Shown one piece after another: positions 30,335 through 40,488 of a stretch of DNA of 64,000 nt (the first letter of the stretch is position 1; each line of letters starts with the position of its first letter). The position numbers and the translations under genes were made by a program. Source of the DNA: Candidatus Latescibacterota bacterium. GTDB taxonomy: Bacteria; Latescibacterota; UBA2968; GCA-2709665. The DNA lies in the NCBI GenBank assembly GCA_965237675.1, contig OZ250150.1:2912001-2976000 (forward strand), written 5' to 3'. Below the pieces are notes generated by a model. The model was not told the origin of the DNA. It was given only the letters and a program-made list of their open reading frames with translations, and ran no database searches.

Positions 30335-31477
30335 TTATATGTATCCCGTGGAGCCGTCGGGGCGGACGGGCGCCGTACGCTGCCAGTGCGGGACGTCCCT
30401 GTCTTTAAGCGCGTCTTCGTTCACTTCGATGCCGAGGCCGGGACGGTCTCTGAGTTCCAGGTATCCGTCGACCGGCAGGTAGGGATCCGGGACGTAATCC
30501 ATCCAACGAGAGCCAACGGGAATCACGTATTCCAGAATTTTGAAATTGTGCGTTGCGGCGGCGAAGTGCACGTTGACCGCCGTTGCGATCGGTCCCATCG
30601 GATTGTGCGGCGCGATGGTGACGTAGTGAGCCTCGGCAATTGCGGCGATTTTCCGCATTTCGAGGAGGCCCCCGCATACGCAGACGTCGGGCTGGATGAT
30701 GTCGGCTGCCCTTGCGGCGATGAGATTCAGGAATTCAAAGCGTGCGTACAGGGATTCCCCTGTTGCCAGCGGCACCAGCATCTGGCTGCGCAACTGTACC
30801 CAGGCGGGGATGTGTTCCGGTCTGAGGGGCTCTTCGTAGAACAGGGGATCATAGGGGGCGAGGGCATTGGCGAGTTGCAGGGCTCTGACGGGTTCGAAGA
30901 TCTTGGCGTGCGGATCGAACGCGAATTCCCAGTCAGCGGGGGTACACTCTCGGAGTTCTTCGAAATATTTGGCGGCGGCGGCGCAAACCCGTCCCCATCG
31001 GTTGGCGTCCGGATTCAACAGGAAGGGACTGGTCTTGAACGCGGTGAACCCCCATTCGGCATTCAACCGTTGGGCCCCTTCCGCCGCGGCCAATCCGGTC
31101 GGGCCGCCACAGCTCTGGTAGACCCAGACGCGGTCTCGCAGGTTGCCGCCCAGAAGCATGTATACGGGTACGTTGGCTGCTTTGCCGCTGATGTCCCACA
31201 GCGCGTGTTCGATGCCGGAGATGGCGGCCAGCCCGGTGCCGCCCGCGGGAAAACGAAACTGCTGGTGGGTCTTCATCATCAGGTATTCGATACGGCGGGG
31301 ATCTTCGCCGACAAACCACGTGGCGACGTAATTGACAATGGGCTCGATGGAGAGGTCCGGCCCGATGGAATAGGCTTCGCCCCATCCGTAAAGGCCCTCG
31401 TCGGTTTCCACCTTGATGAGCGCCCTGGGACGGTTGCTGTAAGTGACGAGAAAGGTCTTAATTGCAGTGATCTTCAT
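30335..31477 (-). CDS. Mandelate racemase/enolase-superfamily dehydratase (DgoD-like)
   Basis: VETDEG..GWGE, ALWDI.GK, D.H, FYEEP, ATGE, QPD, APHN motifs. Confidence 0.9.
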   Translation of the reverse strand: MKITAIKTFLVTYSNRPRALIKVETDEGLYGWGEAYSIGPDLSIEPIVNYVATWFVGEDPRRIEYLMMKTHQQFRFPAGGTGLAAISGIEHALWDISGKAANVPVYMLLGGNLRDRVWVYQSCGGPTGLAAAEGAQRLNAEWGFTAFKTSPFLLNPDANRWGRVCAAAAKYFEELRECTPADWEFAFDPHAKIFEPVRALQLANALAPYDPLFYEEPLRPEHIPAWVQLRSQMLVPLATGESLYARFEFLNLIAARAADIIQPDVCVCGGLLEMRKIAAIAEAHYVTIAPHNPMGPIATAVNVHFAAATHNFKILEYVIPVGSRWMDYVPDPYLPVDGYLELRDRPGLGIEVNEDALKDRDVPHWQRTAPVRPDGSTGYI

Positions 31478-31504
31478 GGTAACTGGTCTCCTTATGGTCG
31501 GGCT

Positions 31505-31735
31505 TCAGGAAGTTGCGTCAGATTCCGGGTTGTATTGGAAGAGATCGCCGGGCGTGCAATCCAGCGCCTGGCAGAGAGATTCGATGGTGGCCAGATCGAT
31601 CCGTTTGGCCCTGTTATTGAAGATGGCGGAGACCGTGTTGGCCTGAAGTCCCGTCAGCCTGGCGATTTCCGAAATCCGGTACGGCCGGTGCGAGCCCTTT
31701 TCGGCCATGAGAATATGGAGTTGGAATTTCAACAT
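31505..31735 (-). CDS. XRE/Cro (HTH_26) transcriptional regulator
   Basis: ISEIARLTGL..NTVS..RIDL.TIE.LC.AL.C.PGDLF. Confidence 0.85.
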   Translation of the reverse strand: MLKFQLHILMAEKGSHRPYRISEIARLTGLQANTVSAIFNNRAKRIDLATIESLCQALDCTPGDLFQYNPESDATS

Positions 31736-31789
31736 ACGGTTAGTCGTTTAAAAAACGCGTCGTCCAGCGGACGCCACGAATGCCGCCGT

Positions 31790-31865
31790 CCGAATATTGA
31801 TTAAGAATGATGTAATAAATAATAAAATATATATTATTATACGTAATTAATTACTTGTTATATCA
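31790..31865 (-). promoter_or_regulatory. Very AT-rich promoter/operator region upstream of the XRE gene
   Basis: ~75 nt almost free of G/C; palindrome GTAATTAATTAC and near-palindrome ATAATAAAATATATATTATTAT. Confidence 0.5.
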
Positions 31866-31911
31866 CGACATCTATCCCGCTGACATCTTGCCTTTAGGGT
31901 CTTGCCGCACC

Positions 31912-32412
31912 TCAGTCGATGAGTGTGAGAGAGATGCCGGCCTTTGCGCCGTATTTGTTTTCCGTGTCGTCGGCTACGCCCCGGTCCAGGGTGGCTTCCG
32001 AAAAAAAGCGAAACGGACCCAGCCATTTGATGTTCAGGCCCACCACGGCGGAAAAAAGTACCTTTGTCGACGACAGGTCGATGAGTTCGGTATCCGATTC
32101 CTCTTTCGTGTATATCAGACCGCTTCCGACGCCGCCGTAGATGCGAAGGTTGTTCCCCAGAGGGATTTTGTAGAGCCCCCGGATGGATAATGGCACCGTA
32201 ATCACACCGGATTTTTCGTAGTACTCCCCGGCGAGCATCACCCCGGCGGGTTTGCTGCCGAACGGCAGGATGATGGATGCATGCCAGCCGGGTTCTTTGT
32301 CTTCGATATAGAGTCCGCCCCCAGCGCGAAAGGCGATCTGGGCGTGTATCTTCGTGGTGGCCGCACCCAGCAGGCAGAACACGGCCAGTGCCGGGACAAG
32401 GTATCTGATCAT
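31912..32412 (-). CDS. Small outer-membrane beta-barrel protein
   Basis: Signal peptide; alternating beta-strand pattern (IYGGVGSG, AKAGISL). Confidence 0.65.
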   Translation of the reverse strand: MIRYLVPALAVFCLLGAATTKIHAQIAFRAGGGLYIEDKEPGWHASIILPFGSKPAGVMLAGEYYEKSGVITVPLSIRGLYKIPLGNNLRIYGGVGSGLIYTKEESDTELIDLSSTKVLFSAVVGLNIKWLGPFRFFSEATLDRGVADDTENKYGAKAGISLTLID

Positions 32413-32461
32413 GGAAACGTTCTCCTCTCGAAAAAGAAATGACGCGCTCCGGACCCTGACT

Positions 32462-32824
32462 TCAATATCGGTAAGCGATTCCCAGGCGACCGGCAGCCGC
32501 CCGCAACTTTCCCTCTGAAGTCCACAACAACACGTCCGACAACCTGGCGGAAGCCATCAGGTGCGCATCGATCAAGCCGATCCCCGCGCCGGATAGCTTG
32601 TGATGATCGATGAAATGCAGCACTTCCCGCTGGCCGGCCGTGGATGCCTGCGGAAGCGTTTGAAGCAACGTGAGAAAAATCGGCCTGTTGGCCAATCTTC
32701 CGCACGCGAGTTCTCCGACGATCAGCGGGTGGCACGCCACCTTCGCCTCCCGAAGGAGCGTCCGCAGATGGGTGTTTCCCGCTTTCAGGAACGAGATCCA
32801 TATTGTCGTATCGACGAGGACCAT
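32462..32824 (-). CDS. vapC: VapC PIN-domain toxin
   Basis: VLVDTTIWI, IVGELACG, IGLIDAHL, LWT motifs. Confidence 0.88.
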   Translation of the reverse strand: MVLVDTTIWISFLKAGNTHLRTLLREAKVACHPLIVGELACGRLANRPIFLTLLQTLPQASTAGQREVLHFIDHHKLSGAGIGLIDAHLMASARLSDVLLWTSEGKLRAAAGRLGIAYRY

Positions 32825-32826
32825 GG

Positions 32827-33024
32827 TTACGGGTTTTCGGGCCGCCGCCGCGGGACCGGCAGCAGGCTTTTTTCGGTGCCTTCGAGTTCCGCGAGCCTCT
32901 TGCTGCTCTCGCGGGCGATCAGGGCTTCGAGGCCAAGCCTGACCAGGGCGGTTTTCTGTTTGATACCGGTTAAAGTGGATGCCTGGTTCATCAGGCCATC
33001 GTCTATATTGAGTGTCGTTCTCAT
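32827..33024 (-). CDS. vapB: VapB antitoxin
   Basis: MRTTLNIDD.L..A..LTG...KTALV..GL; directly upstream of vapC. Confidence 0.88.
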   Translation of the reverse strand: MRTTLNIDDGLMNQASTLTGIKQKTALVRLGLEALIARESSKRLAELEGTEKSLLPVPRRRPENP

Positions 33025-33029
33025 ATGCT

Positions 33030-33061
33030 ATAATATGCATAAATTATACATATAAGTCAAG
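33030..33061 (-). promoter_or_regulatory. vapBC promoter with palindromic operator
   Basis: TTGACT on the minus strand; inverted repeat ATGCATA-aat-TATACAT; no SD (possibly leaderless). Confidence 0.5.
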
Positions 33062-33264
33062 TGAAATACACCGTCGTCGAATGAGACCCGCCTGATCGGC
33101 CGCGGCATGAACGCGCGCCGGAATTTGCTTTGGGGATTGATTGGCGATTTGTTTAATTGCGATATGGCCGCTCGATAATCACAAACTCCCACCGCGCGGG
33201 CCCGCCGGATACACCAGGCAGGACCAACCGTTCGAGCCCGGACGCTATTTCAAATCGGTGACAG

Positions 33265-33702
33265 ATGGCTGAGAAATTCAAACTGATTCCGGAAGCGCAT
33301 GTCTTCCTGATGAACGGCGACGACGAAGTGCTACTACTGAGACGTTACAATACAGGGTATGAGGATGGGAAGTACAGCGTGATCGCGGGGCACATCGACG
33401 GCAACGAGGAGGTCAGGGCAGCGGCCATACGGGAAGCCCGGGAAGAGGCTGGAATCGACATCGAGATCTCTGACATCGAAGTGGTCGGGGTGATTCACCG
33501 TAAGGACGAGGACGAGCGGGTGGCGTTCTTCCTTGCTGCCTCCAGGTGGAGCGGCGACACTGTCAACGCCGAGCCTTACAGGTGCGACGACCTGTCATGG
33601 TATTCCATTCACGAACTGCCTGCCAATATGGTGCCTTACGTCCGGCGGGGCTTCGAAAATTATCTGAACGGGCGGTTCTACGACAGTTTTGGATGGGAGT
33701 GA
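33265..33702 (+). CDS. NUDIX hydrolase
   Basis: GHIDGNE....AAIREAREEAGI Nudix box. Confidence 0.9.
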   Translation: MAEKFKLIPEAHVFLMNGDDEVLLLRRYNTGYEDGKYSVIAGHIDGNEEVRAAAIREAREEAGIDIEISDIEVVGVIHRKDEDERVAFFLAASRWSGDTVNAEPYRCDDLSWYSIHELPANMVPYVRRGFENYLNGRFYDSFGWE

Positions 33703-33799
33703 CAGTCCAGGGCTCTCGCCGGATGATCGCCTCGGGATACGGCCTGATGAAAGCCCGCTCTATCATTCTGAGCGCAGTCAAGAGAGGACTTCAACAACC

Positions 33800-34249
33800 A
33801 TGGAAGACAGGAAGATCGACCTTACGGTCCAGATGCCCCCTCAATTAAGAGTCCTTCTGGTCGCACTTGGAGTCTTACACATCATTGGCGGTATTCTCTT
33901 TATCAGCGGCGGAAACGACTATTTCGGTTTCCTGAATTTGGCCCTCGGTCCAATGTGGCTGTTATGGGGTTTGTTTTACAGCCGAATCAACAGACACATG
34001 ATCGTGATTCATGAGGGGCACCTGGAAATCCGCAGAGGTCTCTTCAGGAACCGCAGAATGCCATGGGCATCAATTTCGGAAATCGGTTTCGAGTCGTCCA
34101 GGATGGAAATCCGGGTTGTCAGAGGAAAGAGCGCGACTGTGAAATTCGGGGAAATGAGTTATAGCGCAAATCAGACCATAAAACACGAGTTCGTCTCAAA
34201 ACTCAGACCCTTTTCCGAGGCAAACGGGGTGTCGATTGTGGGCGGTTAG
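33800..34249 (+). CDS. Membrane protein with PH-like C-terminal domain
   Basis: Two TM helices followed by beta-rich IRRGLF..RMPW..I..I. Confidence 0.6.
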   Translation: MEDRKIDLTVQMPPQLRVLLVALGVLHIIGGILFISGGNDYFGFLNLALGPMWLLWGLFYSRINRHMIVIHEGHLEIRRGLFRNRRMPWASISEIGFESSRMEIRVVRGKSATVKFGEMSYSANQTIKHEFVSKLRPFSEANGVSIVGG

Positions 34250-34369
34250 CCAACATGGCCGCGGCGCTCGAATCGTCTCAGGCTGTTGTGAATATGCGTG
34301 CGGTCAATCTGGGAACCGGCTGTCGGAGCATTGCGGCATCCAGGAACAATATCAGGTCGAGGATTGAAC

Positions 34370-35116
34370 TTGAGCGATTCTTCGTCCGAATATTTCAGTT
34401 ATTTCGCGAACATCGCGGAATCGTACGATCGGGTCCAGCCGGTCCTCAGCCCACCGTACGCCAGGGGCCTGGAGATGATCGTCGATCTGATTCCCTTCGA
34501 ATCGGGCGATTCATTCGAGTTTGTGGATCTCGGCTGCGGCACGGCGGAGCCGACGGCGCGTGTGTTGGAACGCTTTCACCGGGCCACGGGTACGTGCATA
34601 GACAGCGAACCCGAGATGCTCAGGCTCGCGAAGCGGAAATTGACGCCGTATTCGGGAAGGATCGAGGTAAGGGAAACGGACATTACCGGTTGCGCGGTGC
34701 CGTCGTGCGACGTGGTTTTCTCGGGGAAAACCGTTCACCACGTACATCCCGGCGATTTGCGATCGCTATTTGCGCGGATCGCGGGCGCGCTGAGGCCGAA
34801 CGGTTGTTTCATCCTCTACGACACGATGTCGATCGGCCCCGGTTGGGGAGCGGAAGTTCGCCTGCAATTGTCGCGATACCGCGAGCGTCACATCCGGAAC
34901 GCTATTGAATCGGGGATCGCGACCCGGGAGGAAATCGACGCTAGGCGGGAATACAAACGAAAGATGAAGGCGGCGGGGAAGGACGTCGAGTACGAACACC
35001 GCGCGGAAGATCTCATCAACGCGATGACGGGGGCGGGGTTCGACGACGTTGCCGTGGTCTGGCGGATGTTTGCGGACACAATCCTGCTGGCCTTAGCGTC
35101 GCCGGGCGATTCCTGA
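34370..35116 (+). CDS. Class I SAM-dependent methyltransferase
   Basis: VDLGCGTA, IDSEPEML, LRPNG motifs. Confidence 0.88.
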   Translation: MSDSSSEYFSYFANIAESYDRVQPVLSPPYARGLEMIVDLIPFESGDSFEFVDLGCGTAEPTARVLERFHRATGTCIDSEPEMLRLAKRKLTPYSGRIEVRETDITGCAVPSCDVVFSGKTVHHVHPGDLRSLFARIAGALRPNGCFILYDTMSIGPGWGAEVRLQLSRYRERHIRNAIESGIATREEIDARREYKRKMKAAGKDVEYEHRAEDLINAMTGAGFDDVAVVWRMFADTILLALASPGDS

Positions 35117-35214
35117 AGCGAAAATGCGGGGTGTGACAAATTCGCAAATTTTCTCGGATATTCTCTCCTGGTCTAAAGATCACTCGTCCACGAGACGCAA
35201 AGCTTCTTCTTTCA

Positions 35215-35300
35215 AAGCAGTGCTGACGTAGAATTTCGACATTTCCGATCCGTTCGAGCGCAATCAGGCAGGTGCTATCCGATACGATGCAATCGCTCAC
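35215..35300 (-). pseudogene. Truncated DUF3368-like (PIN) toxin
   Basis: IVSDSTCLIALERIG..EIL matches the DUF3368 N-terminus, then similarity stops; overlaps the UPF0175 stop. Confidence 0.6.
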
Positions 35301-35521
35301 TCACCGATCTCCTGCCGCAACTCTACAGGAGAATAATCGAAGATCGGAACCTGATGTTTCCCAAGAATCTCCATAAAAACGCGTTTGGAGTGTCCAGCGG
35401 ATCTTGCCGCCTGACCAAGTGAAACTTTACCAGTTTCATAGAGCTTGATGGCGAGGAGTATTTTCGCTTCTTCCTGCGATAGTCCGGAAGGAAGCTCGAC
35501 TCTCAAGTCTGTTGCAACCAT
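35297..35521 (-). CDS. UPF0175-family antitoxin
   Basis: LAIKLYE.GKVSLGQAA..AG.S...FMEIL. Confidence 0.85.
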   Translation of the reverse strand: MVATDLRVELPSGLSQEEAKILLAIKLYETGKVSLGQAARSAGHSKRVFMEILGKHQVPIFDYSPVELRQEIGE

Positions 35522-35647
35522 AGTTTGCGTCCTAGGGAATTTGCGCCTCGTAAGTTTTCGTCAGGAAGTTGGACCAGATTCGTCTAATGACGAAAACAAA
35601 AGTTAATCCGACCGAAAATCAAAATCACGTGCTGACGTCGATCCGGG

Positions 35648-35820
35648 CGCTGAGCCGGGACCCTGAGCCGTTGGACCCTGACCCTGCCCTGAGCCGCCGC
35701 CCTGAGCTTGTCGAAGGGTTGTCGAAGGGTCGGGGAAGGACTTTAAAGAGCGAATGGTTAGCGAAGCGTGGGCACTTCGACAAGCTCGTTTCGACACGCT
35801 TGCTTCGACAAGCTCAGCAC
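35648..35820. repeat. REP-like cluster (CCCTGAGCTTGTCGAAGGG / TTCGACAAGCTCAG family)
   Basis: Several CTGAGC..., TTGTCGAAGGG x2 and two inverted CTTCGACAAGCTC copies. Confidence 0.7.
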
Positions 35821-35913
35821 GCGCAACGCACGCAATGACCACGTTTCGCGCATCCCAAACCATCCCTGAGGCCGTTTGATTCTAGTCTCAATCTGTATCC
35901 ATTCTTGGACTGA

Positions 35914-36858
35914 TTAGTTAGAAAAAAGCACACCGTCACGCATCATAACTGAAATCGGTGCGTTCCTTGTCGCCAGTCTTGATTCCACACCCTCGCCAAT
36001 GGTCAATTGGACGCGGCTACCGCTGTCACCAACGACATGTGCCCTCAAGCGTTCATCGATGATGCATCGCTCGTTTGTTTTCAGATTTAAATCGCCTGCG
36101 AATTTTCTTCCAAGAACCAAAGAAACCGGATCATTCGACGTTTCGGCAGCGACCGGACCGATGGAGTTGTCAGTCAATGCTATCGAGATTTCGCCGTTGG
36201 AAGTGCGGGCGGCAACAGAACTATCGGCCGAAGTGATGGCGATCACTCCGTTGGTGGTCCGGGCATCAACGGGTCCTTTCACACCCCTGATTGTGATGTC
36301 ACCATTTGTTGATCTTGCCGTTATCGATCCATTGTTGCGCAAATTAAATATGTCATCATTGCTTGTTGTCGCTATAAGACTGCCGTGGTGATTCGTTGCC
36401 TCGATTCGGTCATTGCTCGTCGTCAAATGCACAGTTCCGGATAGACCCTTAATAAGAATTGGTGCATTGGAAGTTGCTGCGAAGATGCCCTTCACGTCTG
36501 GAACTTGAATCTCGAAACTGGTATATTCGGTGTTTTTTCTGCCTCCTTCTGGCCACCTGACCTCTATCCGGAGAGTATCTCCTTCGTGACGCTGGGGAAC
36601 GATGAGAGTTGAACTCATGCGCTCTAAGGATTTGGCAACTATCACAGCTTTAATTTGAAGGTCACTACGATCGGTCGTCTCGACGGAAACGGTACAGTTA
36701 TCAGTCTCAATCCTGATAAATGTCCCCGGGATATGAGGCAAACGTCTGACTCGGGTCTCGGTGAAACCAGAGTCTCGAGTTCCGAGATGATGCACGTGTT
36801 CACAGCCAGGCAAGAATAGCGTGGCCATGCAAACTACCACGAATGTACATTGTGTCAT
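35914..36858 (-). CDS. DUF4097 beta-strand-repeat lipoprotein
   Basis: Lipobox-like LPGC; repeated (T/S)(T/S)NG.I motifs; GAGG RBS. Confidence 0.82.
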   Translation of the reverse strand: MTQCTFVVVCMATLFLPGCEHVHHLGTRDSGFTETRVRRLPHIPGTFIRIETDNCTVSVETTDRSDLQIKAVIVAKSLERMSSTLIVPQRHEGDTLRIEVRWPEGGRKNTEYTSFEIQVPDVKGIFAATSNAPILIKGLSGTVHLTTSNDRIEATNHHGSLIATTSNDDIFNLRNNGSITARSTNGDITIRGVKGPVDARTTNGVIAITSADSSVAARTSNGEISIALTDNSIGPVAAETSNDPVSLVLGRKFAGDLNLKTNERCIIDERLRAHVVGDSGSRVQLTIGEGVESRLATRNAPISVMMRDGVLFSN

Positions 36859-37083
36859 GCTATATTCCTCATAAGGATCACATCAAGCATGATTCACAAT
36901 TCCGTGAGTGGAGTTCCCTGCGTGCCATAGTATGGTGAGACAACTCACATTTATAACATCAGGGAACAATGTAGAGGGCGAGGGTACCGTTAGGATCGGA
37001 CCCTTGGGCCTCGCCGCCACCCGGTGCCGAGTAGTCGGTGTGCATCGAAATCTACTCGTGCATCGGGCGATCGCCGGCCGCGA

Positions 37084-37947
37084 CTATTGCGATCCGGCGC
37101 TGACGACGGGTTGGGTCGACTCGTGCGAGCAGAGGACGACCAGCAGGTTGCTGACCATCTTCGCCCTCTGTTCCTCGTTCAGCTTGATGACGTCCTCGTC
37201 CGTCAGCCGCTTCACCGCCATTTCCACCATCCCCACGGCTCCGTCGACGATCTTGGCCCGCGCCGAAATGACCGCTTCGGCCTGCTGGCGCTGCAACATG
37301 GCGTTGGCGATTTCAGGGGCATAGGCCAGGTGGTTGATCCTGGCTTCCTCGATCCGGACGCCCGCGTCCTGAACGCGCTGCTGGATCTCCGCGCCGAGGG
37401 ATTCCGATACCTCCGTGATCGAAGATCGGAGGCTGATCTCGTCGCCCTCAGCCTGGTCGTAGGGGTAGCTGGTTGCGAGATGTCTGATTGCCGATTCCGA
37501 CTGAACCTTTACATATTGTTCATAGTCGTCCACGTCGAACAAAGCCTGTACGGCGACCCGCACTCTCCAGACGATGACGGCGGAGATTTCGATGGGGTTG
37601 CCCCTGCTGTCGTTCACCTTGAGCCGTTCGCTGTCGAAATTCCTGGCGCGCAGCGAGACCTTCGTCCGACTCTTGAACGGATTGGTCCATCGAAATCCCT
37701 GGGTGGTCTCGGTACCCTTATAGTCGCCGAAAAGCAGGAGGACGACGCACTGATTCGGTTCCACTGCGAATAACCCGGTGAGGAAGACGATCACGATCAG
37801 GAGAAGCAGGATCGACGAGACAATGGGAACGGCCCCGCCGCCCATTACACCGTATATGAACACGGCCACGGACAGGGCCAGAAGCAGTAGAGATACGGAC
37901 AGCATCAACCAGCCGCTGAACTGCGGGGTGATTTTTTCTTCCGTCAT
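37084..37947 (-). CDS. SPFH (band 7) domain membrane protein
   Basis: [45 protein letters not shown]. Confidence 0.92.
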   Translation of the reverse strand: MTEEKITPQFSGWLMLSVSLLLLALSVAVFIYGVMGGGAVPIVSSILLLLIVIVFLTGLFAVEPNQCVVLLLFGDYKGTETTQGFRWTNPFKSRTKVSLRARNFDSERLKVNDSRGNPIEISAVIVWRVRVAVQALFDVDDYEQYVKVQSESAIRHLATSYPYDQAEGDEISLRSSITEVSESLGAEIQQRVQDAGVRIEEARINHLAYAPEIANAMLQRQQAEAVISARAKIVDGAVGMVEMAVKRLTDEDVIKLNEEQRAKMVSNLLVVLCSHESTQPVVSAGSQ

Positions 37948-38201
37948 GTGAGACCTCCATGGAGAATGGGAATGGATGTTTCCAATCTATGAGCGGATCG
38001 GACTACGCACTGCGGGTCCTGCGCCGTTAGGACCGGGCGCCCGGAATACATACGGTACGACGCTAAAGTGAACCATTTTGTTTCGACGCGAATCGAGAGT
38101 ATATCCTCAGCGACACGGCGTACCATCTGGACTGCGGGTATCCGAGCACGGTGTGTTTTGAGGACGGCAACATCGTGACAGGACAACGCATATCTCCCCC
38201 T

Positions 38202-38299
38202 TTCCTTTAGGAGAGGGGGCCGGGGGGAGAGGTCCCGGGACCGCGGGCTTCCTTTAGGAGAGGGGGCCGGGGGGAGAGGTCCCGGGACCGCGGGCTTCC
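38202..38299. repeat. 47-bp perfect tandem duplication, G-rich (BoxC-like)
   Basis: TTCCTTTAGGAGAGGGGGCCGGGGGGAGAGGTCCCGGGACCGCGGGC x2. Confidence 0.85.
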
Positions 38300-38439
38300 A
38301 GCCCTCGAAGCGCCGTCATTGGATTTTAAGGGGCAACCCTTGTGGTTGCCCGCGTCGGGCCGTAGAAATCGATGGTTGACATCGCCGGGACGTTACGCTA
38401 ACCGGTCTTAGCTGATAGCCGCACCAGGAGCCGAATATC

Positions 38440-39174
38440 ATGTTGAAACAGATTTCCACTTCTGTCTATTGCTGTTCCGAGATTCACGGAGCAGCCAGAA
38501 ATGAGCCCTACACGTGGAACAGCTTTGTCATCCCGACGAGCCATCGGGACGGCCTGATCCTTGTCGATCCGCTTCCGCTTTCGGCTGAAGAAGAGAGGGA
38601 AATCGAAGCCATGGGTAAGCCCGCGCACATTCTTGTAACCTGCGAATACCACCTGCGGCAATCGGAAGCATTCAGGGAGAGATGGGGTTGCGACATTCGC
38701 ATCCACCCACACGGATTGGGATACTCCGAAGCGGCGATTGACGAGACTTTTCGGGACGGAGACTTGCTATGGGACCGGATCGAAGTGATCCATATCCCCG
38801 ATGCCCACTATCCCGAGGAGGTCGCGTTTCTGGTGCGGGGAGATGGAAATACGATGATTGTGGGTGATGCGGTCTGTGGAGGAAGAATGGATCGAGGGGT
38901 TCCGGACGGCGAACTCTGGATAAATGGTCCGGAGTACGTCGCCGATCTTTCCCGCGCGCGGAGTTCCCTTCGGAAGTTGGCAAGACACGCTTTTGAGAAA
39001 ATGTGTTTCGGACACGGGTCTCCGATTACAACGGGCGCCAGCGATCTGTTCGTCCGGCTTGTCGAAGATGACGCCGCCTGGGAGAAGCTGAAATCGGAAA
39101 AAATAGAGAGAACGAACCCGGCCTCGCTGGAATTCATCAGGACAATGGCGGCAAGGAAATCGCGTTGCGCATAG
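38440..39174 (+). CDS. Metallo-beta-lactamase-fold protein
   Basis: ILVDP, HILVT..YH.R, IVGDA, CFGHG motifs. Confidence 0.75.
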   Translation: MLKQISTSVYCCSEIHGAARNEPYTWNSFVIPTSHRDGLILVDPLPLSAEEEREIEAMGKPAHILVTCEYHLRQSEAFRERWGCDIRIHPHGLGYSEAAIDETFRDGDLLWDRIEVIHIPDAHYPEEVAFLVRGDGNTMIVGDAVCGGRMDRGVPDGELWINGPEYVADLSRARSSLRKLARHAFEKMCFGHGSPITTGASDLFVRLVEDDAAWEKLKSEKIERTNPASLEFIRTMAARKSRCA

Positions 39175-39200
39175 GGGCGCCCCATTCCACGACCCGCTTC

Positions 39201-39296
39201 GTAGGGGCAACCCTTGTGGTTGCCCTGGTGATGGCGCTGATTTCGCTAACTCAACACTGCATCGGATCTGTAGGGGCGACCGGCCGGTCGCTCTAC
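39201..39296. repeat. Pair of GTAG-type REPs
   Basis: GTAGGGGCAACCCTTGTGGTTGCCC (39201; same core at 38331) and GTAGGGGCGACCGGCCGGTCGCTCTAC (39270). Confidence 0.75.
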
Positions 39297-39570
39297 ACCA
39301 AAATGGACGGAACGCCCCTCATGATGTCGAATATGCTCTGTAGCGGGTGTAGGAGTATTCCAGGCCGCATGAGTCGCAATATGCGACATCGATAAGGCCG
39401 ACGGGTCGTTTTCCATGTTCCTTATCGACAACCGAAAATTGTAGATTTGGGTCGACATTTAGCGTAAAGGGGGTTTCGTCGTGTCGCATGACACCAGCTT
39501 CGGCCTTTCGGTTATCGGTCCGATATCGTTGAATTGTCCAGGTATTCCTGTATAGATGGGGTCTGTTGAA

Positions 39571-40416
39571 ATGTCACCTGCTGACAATCACGTATTGCGG
39601 GCTTCCGCGGCGCATTATCACTGGCAAGGCAGAGGGATGCTCTCCCTAAAGTCTTTCCGGAATGGGGCCGCACGCTATCAAGTGAACGGCTGCGACATTC
39701 AGGTGGATGAGGGATCGTATCTCGTATTGAACCACGATCAGGAATACACAATAGATATCGATTCCGCATGCGTCGTAGACGCCTTTTGTCTGTTCTTTCG
39801 CGGCGGGTTCGCTGAGGAAGTCCTGCGCAGTCAGAACGCAGAGGCGCCCACCCTGGTTGATGACCCTAACGACGTCCCAACTTTTCTCGAATTCTTCCAG
39901 GTTTCGCGGCCTCATGACGACATCCTCACGCCTGAGTTGAACAGGTTTAGGGCGGTGTATCCCGAGCGCCGGCGGGAATCGGGGTGGATTGACGAGCGGA
40001 TGCACACAATCATGGAGAGACTGCTCCGGGTACAGGGTCGGGTGCATCGCGAGGTCCAGGCGGTGGAGGCAGTTCGGGCTTCAACTCGAACAGAGCTTTA
40101 CAAGCGAATCCATAGGGCTCGGGATTTTATCTGCTTCTCGTACGCGGAGTCCATTTCGTTAGACGACATGGCTGGGGTCGCATGCCTGTCCGTTAATCAT
40201 TTCCTGCGGACTTTCAAGCAGATTCTGGGGCAAACGCCGCATCAATTCCTGGTTTCAATGCGCCTGGCGCGAGCCGCGATTCTCCTTACCGAAACGGATC
40301 GCTCTGTAACGGAGGTCGCCCTGGCCGTCGGATTTGAGAGTCCGGGTTCGTTTTCCTGGCTGTTTCGCCGGCGTTTCGGAGTTTCTCCGACGGGATTTCG
40401 CAATACAAAAAAGTGA
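39571..40416 (+). CDS. AraC family transcriptional regulator
   Basis: LS.NHFLRTFK...G.TP, VTEVALAVGFES..SFS..F...FGVSP. Confidence 0.92.
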   Translation: MSPADNHVLRASAAHYHWQGRGMLSLKSFRNGAARYQVNGCDIQVDEGSYLVLNHDQEYTIDIDSACVVDAFCLFFRGGFAEEVLRSQNAEAPTLVDDPNDVPTFLEFFQVSRPHDDILTPELNRFRAVYPERRRESGWIDERMHTIMERLLRVQGRVHREVQAVEAVRASTRTELYKRIHRARDFICFSYAESISLDDMAGVACLSVNHFLRTFKQILGQTPHQFLVSMRLARAAILLTETDRSVTEVALAVGFESPGSFSWLFRRRFGVSPTGFRNTKK

Positions 40417-40488
40417 TTTCAAAGAAGTGTTCGACGACGGATGTCCTTATATTTGGGTGAACATCCAACCCAATAAAGGAGGTTCGCC

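Noticed and set aside
30149-31804. 551-aa plus-strand ORF (likewise 22328..23491, 53625..55130, 57061..58737, 2470..3570)
   Set aside because: Antisense shadows of well-supported genes in high-GC DNA, with no motifs.
36934-36961. dif/Xer site
   Set aside because: Only GGTG and TTAT match the consensus; the XerD arm TTATGTTAAAT is absent.
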